DNA of 64,000 bases. Source: a virus (lineage: Duplodnaviria; Caudoviricetes). The DNA is taken from positions 3,312-67,311 of the IMG/VR virus record IMGVR_UViG_3300032327_000961; one strand, 5' to 3'. The first letter of the stretch is position 1. Every line of letters starts with the position of its first letter. Position numbers and translations under genes: made by a program. Under the pieces are notes generated by a model that was given only the letters and a program-made list of their open reading frames with translations, was not told where the DNA came from and searched no databases. Below are positions 38,226 through 47,904 of this stretch, piece after piece.

Positions 38226-41200
38226 TTAGCATTTGTTTATTTTAATTTTTTTAGAACCGTATTTTTTCTGACTGACTAAATCTTTTTTGTAATTTGGATC
38301 TAGTGGGTTATATGTAGAAGGATCAAACATTGAATTTTGACTAGTTACAGCATTAGGAATAACTCTTGTAGTTGTTGTAACTGGTGAAGTAGTTCTTGTT
38401 GTACTACTACTGCTACTACTAATAACATTATTATTGTTGTTATTGTTATTAGCACTGTTTCCTTTATCAGTAATTACATTTCCTTCATCATCATTTTTAT
38501 AATTAGCAGTCCTTAAATTATTAATATATTGTTTTTGATTAGCGTCATTTTTTGCATCAAGTTGTTTTTGATAACCTTCTTGTCTTCTTAACATAAGTTT
38601 ATCATCAGTACCTTTCATAGCTTGATCAAAAGACCTTTGTTTAATTCCTAATCTTTGTTCTTTTGCATCATTATACATATCATATCTAGGTAAATTGTAT
38701 TTTTGAGCATCATTTTTAACATCGACATTTGCATTTGCTATTCCTGTACTTTGAGTTGCTTCAAAGTTATTTATATCAGCAGTTTGCCCATATTGAGTTG
38801 CTAAAGCATTTGCCATATTTGCTCTTACATTTCCTGCATTTCCAGAACCTATATTTCTAGCATTACTTACACTCATGTTTTTATTTTCTAAAGCAGCTCT
38901 TCTATTAGGATCTGATTTATCTTGATATTGATAAAGTTCAGGTGTATAATATCTTTCTGGTGCTTGGTAAACAGGAGTGTTACTTTGATATAAATTATTT
39001 AATTCATTTACATAAGGCATTGGAAAATCTTTTGGTTTTACTTCTTCCTTTTTATTTTCTATTTTTACTTCCTTAGTTTGTTTTTCAGTTGTTTGTTCTT
39101 TTTCTTTCTCTTTTTCCTTTTCCTTTTCTTTTTCCTTTCCCTGTTGTACAGCAGCAGGTCTATCATCTAAATAAGGAGTGTTTAAATCACCATGTTTTCC
39201 ATCTCCCATTCTTACTTTGCTATAACCTTCAGTATCTTGTGTTATTGAAGGATCTACTTTATCAGTTCCTTTTTTAACATAAGCAACTTTTAATTTTGCA
39301 AAATCATCATCAGATCTTAAATTATTATATTTAAACTTTCCTATTTTTGCAGAAGGAACATATACATTTCCTTTTTTATCTTTTTTATAACCTGTTCTTT
39401 GAGTACCTGTATCACCTGTTTTTGCATTTGGAAAAGTACCACCAAGATTTATAGTTCTTTGTTTAACAGTTCCTTTATTTCTAATAATTACATTTTTTCC
39501 ACCATCAACATATTTTTCAGATTTATCAGAAGGAAGTTTTTGTCTTTCTTTTTCTAAAGCTTTTTTATCACCTGCTGCAATTAATCCTACAATTTTCATA
39601 AATTTACTATGATTATTTTGAGTAGGGAAAACTACATCTCCATCTTTAGCTAAAACTTTATTTCCACCTTTACTATGTGGAATACTTCCAAAGTTTTTAA
39701 TATTAAAGTTTTTATCAGTATGAATTTCAGGAGTTCCTTTTCCTTCTATTTCAATAACAACATTTTTACTTATAGTTTTTCCATCTTCACAATTCCACTT
39801 CCTTAAAGCTTTATTAATTCTGCTATCAGGATCATTTGCTGTTTTTGCACTAGTAAGTTTCTTTTTCATTCCTCCCATTCTTGCACAAAAACTATCTCTT
39901 CTGCTTCCTCCTTCTGGTTGAGGTGCTTTTAAATTAGCTCCATTTGCTTTATTATAAGAATCTCTACCTTTTTGATTTAATCCACCATCAGGATTTTGTC
40001 CTTCTTTTCTAGTCCAAACAGTTCCTCCTTTTGCATATTTAGTAACCATTCCTCCTTGTTTAAATTTTTTATTTAAAGTAACCATATTTTGTTTATCCTC
40101 AGTTTGCTTGTTTGATGCAAAATAATTAACATCTTTTGGTTTTACTCTACTTTGATATTTTTCTAACATTACTTTATGTTCAGGTATATTTGAATCTAAT
40201 ACCAACAAAGTATCGTCTTTCTGAATATCTTTCAAACTAGCTTGTACATATTGACCTTTTGCATTAATACATCCATAACTAACATTTGCTTTATCAGTAC
40301 CATAAAGTTTATCCCTAACTTTAGGATCAGCAGTTTGGTGATAAGCTAATTGTTTGACATCAGGTTTTTTTAAACCATTGTGCTCTATTGGATTTAAAAA
40401 ATTAATGTTGTTGTTATAATGAGATTTAGTTTTTTTATTAATTCCTTTATCACTTAATTTATAATAACCATAAGGGGTACTCATACTAGGATTATCAGAT
40501 TTTAATGAATTAGAATTTAACTCTACATTTTTTCCTGTTAAAACATCGTATTCATAATTATTTTTACCATCTTTATTCAAAACAATAGCTTTATTTTTTC
40601 TTTTATCCACAACAATGCCATCTCTAAGTTCTTGTGAATAAGAAGTTTTTTTAATGTTATTAACATTTTCACTTTTTATTTTTTTTTGGGCATTGATTGC
40701 TTTATATTTTAAACCTGTTAAAGGGTCTGTTATATTTCCTTCTGAATCAACTTTACCTTTTTCTGCTCTAGCATAACCTCCTTTATTTTTTTTATATTGT
40801 TCTAATAAAGAAAGTTTTTTTAAATCAGAATTTTCTTTAATTGACTTTGAACCATCTGGATATTTATTATTTATCTTACGTTCTTGCTTTAACATTTCTT
40901 TAGTAGGTTTTCTACCAGAACCTTTATTCTCCCTGATAGAATCCCATAATCCATGTCTGCTATAACTACCATCTGCTCTTTTAATTAGACCACCCTTACT
41001 ATATTTATCTACATCTTGTTGTGGTACTCCATTTGTAATTGGTCTTTTAGCATCATAAACTTCACTTCTTGTAGGTGTTTTAAATTTATCTATTAAACCA
41101 TTTATCATTCCTAATCCTTGATTTACCATTTGCATTTTTCCTCCTCCCATATTAGGAGTTCCTCCTGCATTTCCCATTCCTTCCATACTACCTTGCATTC

Positions 41201-42515
41201 CTCCCATTTTAGATAAACCAGCCAGTCCTTCTGCTCCACCCATTCCACCTGCTAAACCTGCTAAACCTGCAAAATATTTATTAATCTTTATATTGCCATT
41301 TCCTTTTTCCATTTTTCTTTGGTTATTAGTACCTAATCTTGGAAAAACTTTATCTTTAATTCTGTAAAAACCTTCTTGTACTTCCTGAATAACTTTTGGA
41401 TTTTCTTTATTTACATGACCAATTAATTGTCCTTTATTATTGTAAAAATGCTTTACATTTCTAGATCCTTTACGGGGATTATCTTTTGGTTTTTCTACAG
41501 GAGATGTAACTGGATTCTCAGGTATTTCTTTTTTAGTTACTCCTACTAAATTTAAGTCAAGATCTTTTCTTTTTTCTGGAATTAAAGGTCTTTCAGGTAA
41601 ATCAAGTTTTTTTAATTTACTTTGTCTTGTATCTAAATAAGCAGAACCTTTATCTCCATATATTCCACTTCCTACTCTAACTTTAGAATATTTATTTGAA
41701 TCAAAATTTTCTTCATTAATACCATCTACAATAGTATCAGTTCCTTTTAGTACATACGCTCTTTTAAGATTATTAAATTCTTTATCAGAATAACGAGAAT
41801 TAAACTTTTTATCTCTTTTTTCTTTTCTAGCTTGAAAACCAAGTCCTCCTGTATTATCAGAATTATTTGTTGCTCTGTTATAAAATAATCCTATTTGTTT
41901 AGAAACACTCCTTTCTTGTGGGGTATTAGGATTTTCTATTCTGAAGTTTTTAGCATCGTCTTCTATTTCAGAAGAACCACCTTCATACCTCTTTGTTATT
42001 TTTACTTTTTTAGTTCCCATTTTAAAGTTTACTTTTTGGTTTTTAGTCATGTCATTACCTGCATAAGATTCAGCATATTTTCTTGCTGCTACAATATCAT
42101 CTGCTTTTTTCTTTTCTCTTTCAAATTGAGTTTTATCAGATTCTCCTAATAAACCATAAGAATAATCATTAGCTAAACCTTCCCAGTTTCCAGTTGCAAT
42201 ATGTCCAACCATATCAGAACCTTTAGTTAAAGGGTTTAATTGAGCTAAGTTTTTAGCAGTAGTACTTTTATAATTACCGTCTTTATCTTTTGTAAATTTA
42301 CCTGCTATTCCATCTGCTGCACCTAATGCAGTTCCTACTCCAGGTGCAAAAGCATCTACTGCTGTTGATGCAACTGTTTTGTAAGCTGAACCTGCATTAT
42401 CAGATTTCATTTTTAACTTCTGCATTTCATAATAATCAGGAGTATCTTTAAAGTAATTAGTATTTACTGAATTACTTCCTGTATAATACTTTCTTTTTAT
42501 ATTTACCTTTTTCAT
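38226..42515 (-). CDS. Modular virion cargo protein (cargo-protein-1-like) with YkuD-like domain and repeated K[YF]xxGG motifs
   Basis: Directly downstream of the muzzle gene; glycine-zipper segments; H...SYGC L,D-transpeptidase-like motif; duplicated modules. Confidence 0.65.
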   Translation of the reverse strand: MKKVNIKRKYYTGSNSVNTNYFKDTPDYYEMQKLKMKSDNAGSAYKTVASTAVDAFAPGVGTALGAADGIAGKFTKDKDGNYKSTTAKNLAQLNPLTKGSDMVGHIATGNWEGLANDYSYGLLGESDKTQFEREKKKADDIVAARKYAESYAGNDMTKNQKVNFKMGTKKVKITKRYEGGSSEIEDDAKNFRIENPNTPQERSVSKQIGLFYNRATNNSDNTGGLGFQARKEKRDKKFNSRYSDKEFNNLKRAYVLKGTDTIVDGINEENFDSNKYSKVRVGSGIYGDKGSAYLDTRQSKLKKLDLPERPLIPEKRKDLDLNLVGVTKKEIPENPVTSPVEKPKDNPRKGSRNVKHFYNNKGQLIGHVNKENPKVIQEVQEGFYRIKDKVFPRLGTNNQRKMEKGNGNIKINKYFAGLAGLAGGMGGAEGLAGLSKMGGMQGSMEGMGNAGGTPNMGGGKMQMVNQGLGMINGLIDKFKTPTRSEVYDAKRPITNGVPQQDVDKYSKGGLIKRADGSYSRHGLWDSIRENKGSGRKPTKEMLKQERKINNKYPDGSKSIKENSDLKKLSLLEQYKKNKGGYARAEKGKVDSEGNITDPLTGLKYKAINAQKKIKSENVNNIKKTSYSQELRDGIVVDKRKNKAIVLNKDGKNNYEYDVLTGKNVELNSNSLKSDNPSMSTPYGYYKLSDKGINKKTKSHYNNNINFLNPIEHNGLKKPDVKQLAYHQTADPKVRDKLYGTDKANVSYGCINAKGQYVQASLKDIQKDDTLLVLDSNIPEHKVMLEKYQSRVKPKDVNYFASNKQTEDKQNMVTLNKKFKQGGMVTKYAKGGTVWTRKEGQNPDGGLNQKGRDSYNKANGANLKAPQPEGGSRRDSFCARMGGMKKKLTSAKTANDPDSRINKALRKWNCEDGKTISKNVVIEIEGKGTPEIHTDKNFNIKNFGSIPHSKGGNKVLAKDGDVVFPTQNNHSKFMKIVGLIAAGDKKALEKERQKLPSDKSEKYVDGGKNVIIRNKGTVKQRTINLGGTFPNAKTGDTGTQRTGYKKDKKGNVYVPSAKIGKFKYNNLRSDDDFAKLKVAYVKKGTDKVDPSITQDTEGYSKVRMGDGKHGDLNTPYLDDRPAAVQQGKEKEKEKEKEKEKEQTTEKQTKEVKIENKKEEVKPKDFPMPYVNELNNLYQSNTPVYQAPERYYTPELYQYQDKSDPNRRAALENKNMSVSNARNIGSGNAGNVRANMANALATQYGQTADINNFEATQSTGIANANVDVKNDAQKYNLPRYDMYNDAKEQRLGIKQRSFDQAMKGTDDKLMLRRQEGYQKQLDAKNDANQKQYINNLRTANYKNDDEGNVITDKGNSANNNNNNNNVISSSSSSTTRTTSPVTTTTRVIPNAVTSQNSMFDPSTYNPLDPNYKKDLVSQKKYGSKKIKINKC

Positions 42516-42516
42516 A

Positions 42517-45500
42517 TTATCTGTAAAGTTTTCTTAAATTGTAAGTTACTGAATGTAAATCAAAAACACAGTTATTACCTGAACTATCAGCATTAAAAGC
42601 TAAATGTACGATTAAATATTTAGAATTTAACCTATTTCTTGCCCCATTTATATTTGGGTTATTAGAAGTTCTTGGAATACAAAGTCTATATTCAGAACCT
42701 ACTCTTCTTACTAACAATTGATTTACTGGAATACCTTCTTCAAATCTGTTTAAAACACTATCAAATACCTTAAAAGACTTTTCCAATGAATCATCTTTAT
42801 TATATTTAAAATTACCTAAAGTAAAGAAATAAGATATTAAAGTTTTATCATCTTTACCTTGATATATACTTTCAAGATAACAATCCATTTGAAAAAATAA
42901 ATTGTCAAACTTTTTTGTTACATCTGGTTCATCATTAATAATAAAATCAAATTGAGCATCTAATCTAAAACCTTTATTATTTTGATTAAACACATTTCTA
43001 AAAGGAGTTTTACTATAAACTTTGTTTCCTACAGAAGCCATCCAATAAAAAGTAGCATCATGTTGAGATACCCAAACATTTTCTTTAGGTTTAAAAGAAA
43101 TTGTTAATGGATTAGCTCTTCTAGCATCACATAATATCCATCTTTGATTTTCATAATCATAAGTTGAAACATATCCATTTTCTACATTTGGAAAATATCC
43201 TATTTCTTTTATTCTTTCTTCAAAAAAAGTAAACATACCTAAATCAGATATTTCACTTAATTGGTCTGAAAATAAGAAAATCTTTTTCTGGATATTATCT
43301 ACAATGAATCTTCCATAAGGAGTATTACAGTTTGCCCATTTAGATTGAGTTCCTGCATATCCTCCTTCTATAGATACAAGTTCTTGAAAAGGTATTGGGA
43401 ATAATCCTCCATTTCCTAAAGTTATATCTCCCGAACTAGTTGCTATACTAGTTTGTTCATTCATAAAACCTGCAAATAAACTATATGGAGTTTGAGCATA
43501 TAACCTATTATTCAAAACAAACATATCAGATATTTCACCTTTATGTTTTTGTAAATCTGTATAGTTATTAGGTAAAAATACTCTGTATGAATCTAGTTGT
43601 TCTCCTTCTATGCTTAAATCTGAATATAAAATCCTGTTATTAAAATTACTACTTGCTTCATATAAGAAAGGTTTTGCATACTCTTTAACAAATGTATTTT
43701 TAAAACCATATTGTTTATTATACCCAGTGGAATATCCATTATTGCTAGGAAAATTTAATATCCCTAAAGGTAAATTAGTTCCTCCTATATCCCATATTCT
43801 TTTATATTTAGGAAAATAAGGCATTGTATTTGTATTGGTTTGTAAACCATCATCTACATAATGTCTTAATAAATAATTTTGTTCTGATTCTACATAAAAC
43901 CCAATACAAGTCCCTATTGTAAAATTAGAATTACTGTTTACTAGACCTTGATTAAAAGTTAAAAAGTATTTTTGTATATAAGTATCGCCTCCAAAAAAAG
44001 ATAATTGATTTTGATTTACATCAAAACTATTTCCACAATGGACATATTCTGCATTTTCTAGTTTTCCATATATATTTACACCAGAAGTTTCTACATCATA
44101 AATTTCTACTAATTCGTCATCAAATCTAATAATCTCATGTAAATTATTACTTCCATCTCTTCTATATACTCTATTATTTCCTTGAGCTCTTATCCCTAAA
44201 TTGTAATGAGTAGGATTATTTTCTGTTGTATTATTAATATCTAAAACTACTTCATTTGTATAAGTAGAGTCTGCAAATATTAATTTAGGTAATATACAAG
44301 GAACATTATTATTATTAACAATTTTAAATAAACTTATATCACTTCCAGGTTGGACATTAAAAGGAGTACCTGTAATATAAGTATTTTCAAAAAAAGGACT
44401 ATAATCATAATATTGATTTCTGTTATAAGAACTATATTCTCTATAGTCAACAATTTTTACTTTTACATTATCATTATAATCAGTAATATTAAAACTTGTC
44501 TTTCTACAGTTATAAAAATCACCTGCTGAAGAATTACCCGAATCACCAAAATTAGTAAAAAAACTAGGACTACCTAATGAAGTATATTTAGGATTAGCAT
44601 ATTGAACTTTAGTTAATTTAATATAAGTTCCATATTTAGCTAATGCTGCATTATGTATTAAATCAGGAGCATATAAATTAGCAAATCCTTTTGCATATTG
44701 AGTATTACTAAAACTTTGTCCTACTGAAGAATTACTATTTGGATCATTACTCCAATAAGCATATAAATCAGTTCTTCCTAAATTTGCAGCTATTCTTAAT
44801 TCATTGGCTCCTGTTACAGTCATTAAACCTTTACCAATAGCTTGATATATTTTTTTTCTTTTATTTAAAGCATTTCTTTCTTGTCTTACAATCATATATC
44901 CTTGTAAAACAGATTTCATTTCAGTTGTTAATTCAATATTTAATGCTTTTATACCAATAGTGCATAATAGATCATTTGTAATAGATAGTTCAGGAATATA
45001 ATGGTGTCTTATATTTCCTATTAAACCAGAACTATTATATTCAGTTGGGTAAGATAATCCTGTGTCATATACTTTTAATACTTTGCTAAAATCATTACTT
45101 AAAACACTAGTAAAATTAATGTTAAAAGGATTAACATTTGAATCAAGAGCAGGAATATGATAAGCAAAACCTTTAGTTCCATTTTTAAATATAGGAACAA
45201 ATGCAAAAGAATATATTTCCCCCCTTTTATAACCTACATAATCACAACTATTTGGGTCTTTATAAGTTCCTGATATTTGTCCAGAAGTAGTTGTATCTAC
45301 AAAACCATGATTTAAATCTCCACCTATAGTTATATTTCTTTGTTCTGGAGAAGTTTCATTTAATAATTTAGTTTCATAAGTTAATATAATTCTATTAGCT
45401 ACATATTGAAAATCATAACTTTCTTCTGTTCTAGTTAAATTAGCTAATAATAACCTATTATCTTTTTGGGCAATATGTTTTGCTTTATCATAATAATTAT

Positions 45501-46503
45501 TATCTAACAAAACATCTGTACTTAATAAAGTTCTTACAGCAGTTTCAGAACCAGTAACCTTGTATTGTATTGTTTCCTGACCTCTATTTTCAATAGTAGT
45601 TATTATTTTATAATTAGGTGTATTTTGAATACCTGTCCATGTAATTTGTAATAGCTCTATGTATTTAAAATTACTATCTAAATGAGTTAAATTTAGATTA
45701 ATAGATTTTAAAGTTTCTGTTTGTGGAGGACATCCGTCATAATTTTCACAACTTAGATTTTCAAAATCTTCTACAATAGAAATAGGATTAGTTAATAATC
45801 CAAAAGAAGTAGAGTTACCAGTATTTGTTAAATATCTTGCAGCAAATTGATATTTTCCAGAAAGTAAAGAACCATCTTGGGTTACAGCAGTAGAATTATA
45901 ACTAACTACAGGAAGTAAATAATCAAAAAATAAACTTATATCTTCTTTTAACCTAGTATTGTCAGGTAAATTATCTAAGTTTATTCTTCTAGGTACATTA
46001 TAATTATCTGTAAAATAAACAACTCTTTGATTATTAAAAAAAGTTTTTATTTCAACATCTATGTTATAAGTAAAGTTAAAGTTTAAAACATTTAAAGAAT
46101 CATATACCCAACCTGTTTTTTTATTTATAGAATTTCTAGGATACATTGAGTCATTTATAGAAGTAATATAAACTTTATAAAGATTGGCACCATTAAAAGT
46201 ATCTAATACACCTATTTCAGATTGCCTATTAGTATAAGGAGGAGCATCAATATTATTTACCCCATTAAATAAAGGATTATAAAAACAAATAAATAAAACT
46301 AAATCAGTACCAACAGCAATACTTCCTAATATTTCAAATAAAGGAACAGTACCAGTAAATCCTAAATTTACATCTATTGTTCCTTTTTCATTAGTTATCT
46401 TACCAACATTATCTTTTAGGATATTAAAAGCATTTCTATAAGTATCTGGTGGTTGATTTACAGGATCATTTTGAGTATGTAAACCTTTTATAAATGTTTT
46501 CAT
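42517..46503 (-). CDS. Tail muzzle / stabilisation protein (P22 gp10-like)
   Basis: 1328 aa; N-terminal KGLHTQNDPVNQPPDTYRNAFN, YKRGEIYSFAFV and FFGGDTYI motifs typical of crAss-like muzzle proteins. Confidence 0.8.
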   Translation of the reverse strand: MKTFIKGLHTQNDPVNQPPDTYRNAFNILKDNVGKITNEKGTIDVNLGFTGTVPLFEILGSIAVGTDLVLFICFYNPLFNGVNNIDAPPYTNRQSEIGVLDTFNGANLYKVYITSINDSMYPRNSINKKTGWVYDSLNVLNFNFTYNIDVEIKTFFNNQRVVYFTDNYNVPRRINLDNLPDNTRLKEDISLFFDYLLPVVSYNSTAVTQDGSLLSGKYQFAARYLTNTGNSTSFGLLTNPISIVEDFENLSCENYDGCPPQTETLKSINLNLTHLDSNFKYIELLQITWTGIQNTPNYKIITTIENRGQETIQYKVTGSETAVRTLLSTDVLLDNNYYDKAKHIAQKDNRLLLANLTRTEESYDFQYVANRIILTYETKLLNETSPEQRNITIGGDLNHGFVDTTTSGQISGTYKDPNSCDYVGYKRGEIYSFAFVPIFKNGTKGFAYHIPALDSNVNPFNINFTSVLSNDFSKVLKVYDTGLSYPTEYNSSGLIGNIRHHYIPELSITNDLLCTIGIKALNIELTTEMKSVLQGYMIVRQERNALNKRKKIYQAIGKGLMTVTGANELRIAANLGRTDLYAYWSNDPNSNSSVGQSFSNTQYAKGFANLYAPDLIHNAALAKYGTYIKLTKVQYANPKYTSLGSPSFFTNFGDSGNSSAGDFYNCRKTSFNITDYNDNVKVKIVDYREYSSYNRNQYYDYSPFFENTYITGTPFNVQPGSDISLFKIVNNNNVPCILPKLIFADSTYTNEVVLDINNTTENNPTHYNLGIRAQGNNRVYRRDGSNNLHEIIRFDDELVEIYDVETSGVNIYGKLENAEYVHCGNSFDVNQNQLSFFGGDTYIQKYFLTFNQGLVNSNSNFTIGTCIGFYVESEQNYLLRHYVDDGLQTNTNTMPYFPKYKRIWDIGGTNLPLGILNFPSNNGYSTGYNKQYGFKNTFVKEYAKPFLYEASSNFNNRILYSDLSIEGEQLDSYRVFLPNNYTDLQKHKGEISDMFVLNNRLYAQTPYSLFAGFMNEQTSIATSSGDITLGNGGLFPIPFQELVSIEGGYAGTQSKWANCNTPYGRFIVDNIQKKIFLFSDQLSEISDLGMFTFFEERIKEIGYFPNVENGYVSTYDYENQRWILCDARRANPLTISFKPKENVWVSQHDATFYWMASVGNKVYSKTPFRNVFNQNNKGFRLDAQFDFIINDEPDVTKKFDNLFFQMDCYLESIYQGKDDKTLISYFFTLGNFKYNKDDSLEKSFKVFDSVLNRFEEGIPVNQLLVRRVGSEYRLCIPRTSNNPNINGARNRLNSKYLIVHLAFNADSSGNNCVFDLHSVTYNLRKLYR

Positions 46504-47417
46504 TATCTTTTATCCCCACTAATTCTTTGTTCTAATCCTAAATTCTTAAATCCAATTCTATACTGATTTACATCTGGCATTAAAGTATACCAAATATTTT
46601 TTAATCTTTCCATATTCTCAACATTTGGCATCATTGCACTTCCTCTTGCTTGACCACAATAAAATTGCCATTTAGCAGAAGTAAATAATAAATCATTCAT
46701 TGTTTGGTTTTTAAACTTAAAACCTCTCATTCCTAATTGGTATGCTATTTTCCATTGACAAGCATCAATAAAAGAAATATCATTAGGTACTGTAGGAAAA
46801 CCATTTGAATCTAAATGTAATCCTTGATAAATAAGTGTAACAACTCCAAATCTAAATGAAGTTGTTATAGTATTCATTTCTAATTTATAATCAAGATTAG
46901 TTATTTTAGTTTTTTCTATCTTATCTAATCTTAAATTAGGATTCAAATTTAATCCTAAATACTTACTATTTATAGTTATTGTACTAGAAACACCAGCTTG
47001 AATTTTACTAGATTGATATTCTAAATCAGCTTTTAAATCAGCAATGCTAATTGATATAGATTTTATAACTAATGGATCTGTTTCAGTTATTAATCTTCTA
47101 GTGAGATCATCTATGTTATATCTAAGTTGTTGTATATTAGCTATATTTAAATCTAAATATAAATCGTTTGTATTATTATATGCTGTAGCAGATTCTATTT
47201 TTACTAAGTTCAATAAATCTTTTGGTAATTGTCCACAATAATCTTGAATTTCAACACTTATTGTTTTATTTTCAAAAGTATTTATAACTCCTATATGTTT
47301 CATTGCATCTGCTATCCATTCAATAAAATCATATTTAGGTATTTCATTATCACCTAAACCTAAGTTCATTGAAACTTTAGCTATTACTTCTTCTATAGAT
47401 ATGTTATTATATTCCAT
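46503..47417 (-). CDS. Tail ring protein (tubular protein A-like)
   Basis: EWIADAMKHIG and WKFYCGQAR-like (WQFYCGQARG) motifs; located directly before the muzzle gene. Confidence 0.7.
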   Translation of the reverse strand: MEYNNISIEEVIAKVSMNLGLGDNEIPKYDFIEWIADAMKHIGVINTFENKTISVEIQDYCGQLPKDLLNLVKIESATAYNNTNDLYLDLNIANIQQLRYNIDDLTRRLITETDPLVIKSISISIADLKADLEYQSSKIQAGVSSTITINSKYLGLNLNPNLRLDKIEKTKITNLDYKLEMNTITTSFRFGVVTLIYQGLHLDSNGFPTVPNDISFIDACQWKIAYQLGMRGFKFKNQTMNDLLFTSAKWQFYCGQARGSAMMPNVENMERLKNIWYTLMPDVNQYRIGFKNLGLEQRISGDKR

Positions 47418-47904
47418 TGTGTTTTGAACTAGCGTAGTTAGAAGTATTTCCTGTACGAATATTTTGTATCATCATTCCTTTACTACCTCTTGGTGATTTA
47501 GCAGAAACATAGGAATAAAATTTATCTTCTCCATTATATACAATTTTTAGAGGATGTTTTCTCCAAAAGAAAGCAAAGTAATAATTATTAGTTTCTAAAT
47601 TAGTATGATAGATCTTTTCACCTGTTTTCTTTAAATGATTATAATCTAACTTTAATTGATCAGGACTAGAAAAATCTCTTTCTACTTTTTTTATTTGTAA
47701 TGCACCTAATTTAAAAGGCATTGTAAAAAAACCTGTTGTTATAAACTCTTTTGTTAAATTATATAAATAAGCATTTATGATTTTAGTCATAAATTTTCTA
47801 TCTACATCATTTTGTTTTAGTAAAGGTCTTAATGCTTTTTCTACATATAACATTATGTGATAACCTTTTTTTACATTACTATCATTGACTTTCTTGCGAA
47901 TCAT
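47407..47904 (-). CDS. HU/IHF-like DNA-binding protein
   Basis: Helical N-terminus then GFFTMPFKLGALQIKK beta-arm-like motif; crAss-like genomes carry an IHF-like gene at this position. Confidence 0.5.
   Translation of the reverse strand: MIRKKVNDSNVKKGYHIMLYVEKALRPLLKQNDVDRKFMTKIINAYLYNLTKEFITTGFFTMPFKLGALQIKKVERDFSSPDQLKLDYNHLKKTGEKIYHTNLETNNYYFAFFWRKHPLKIVYNGEDKFYSYVSAKSPRGSKGMMIQNIRTGNTSNYASSKHNGI

Noticed and set aside
39095-39140. (EK)n run in the cargo protein as a special repeat element
   Set aside because: A simple low-complexity charged spacer.
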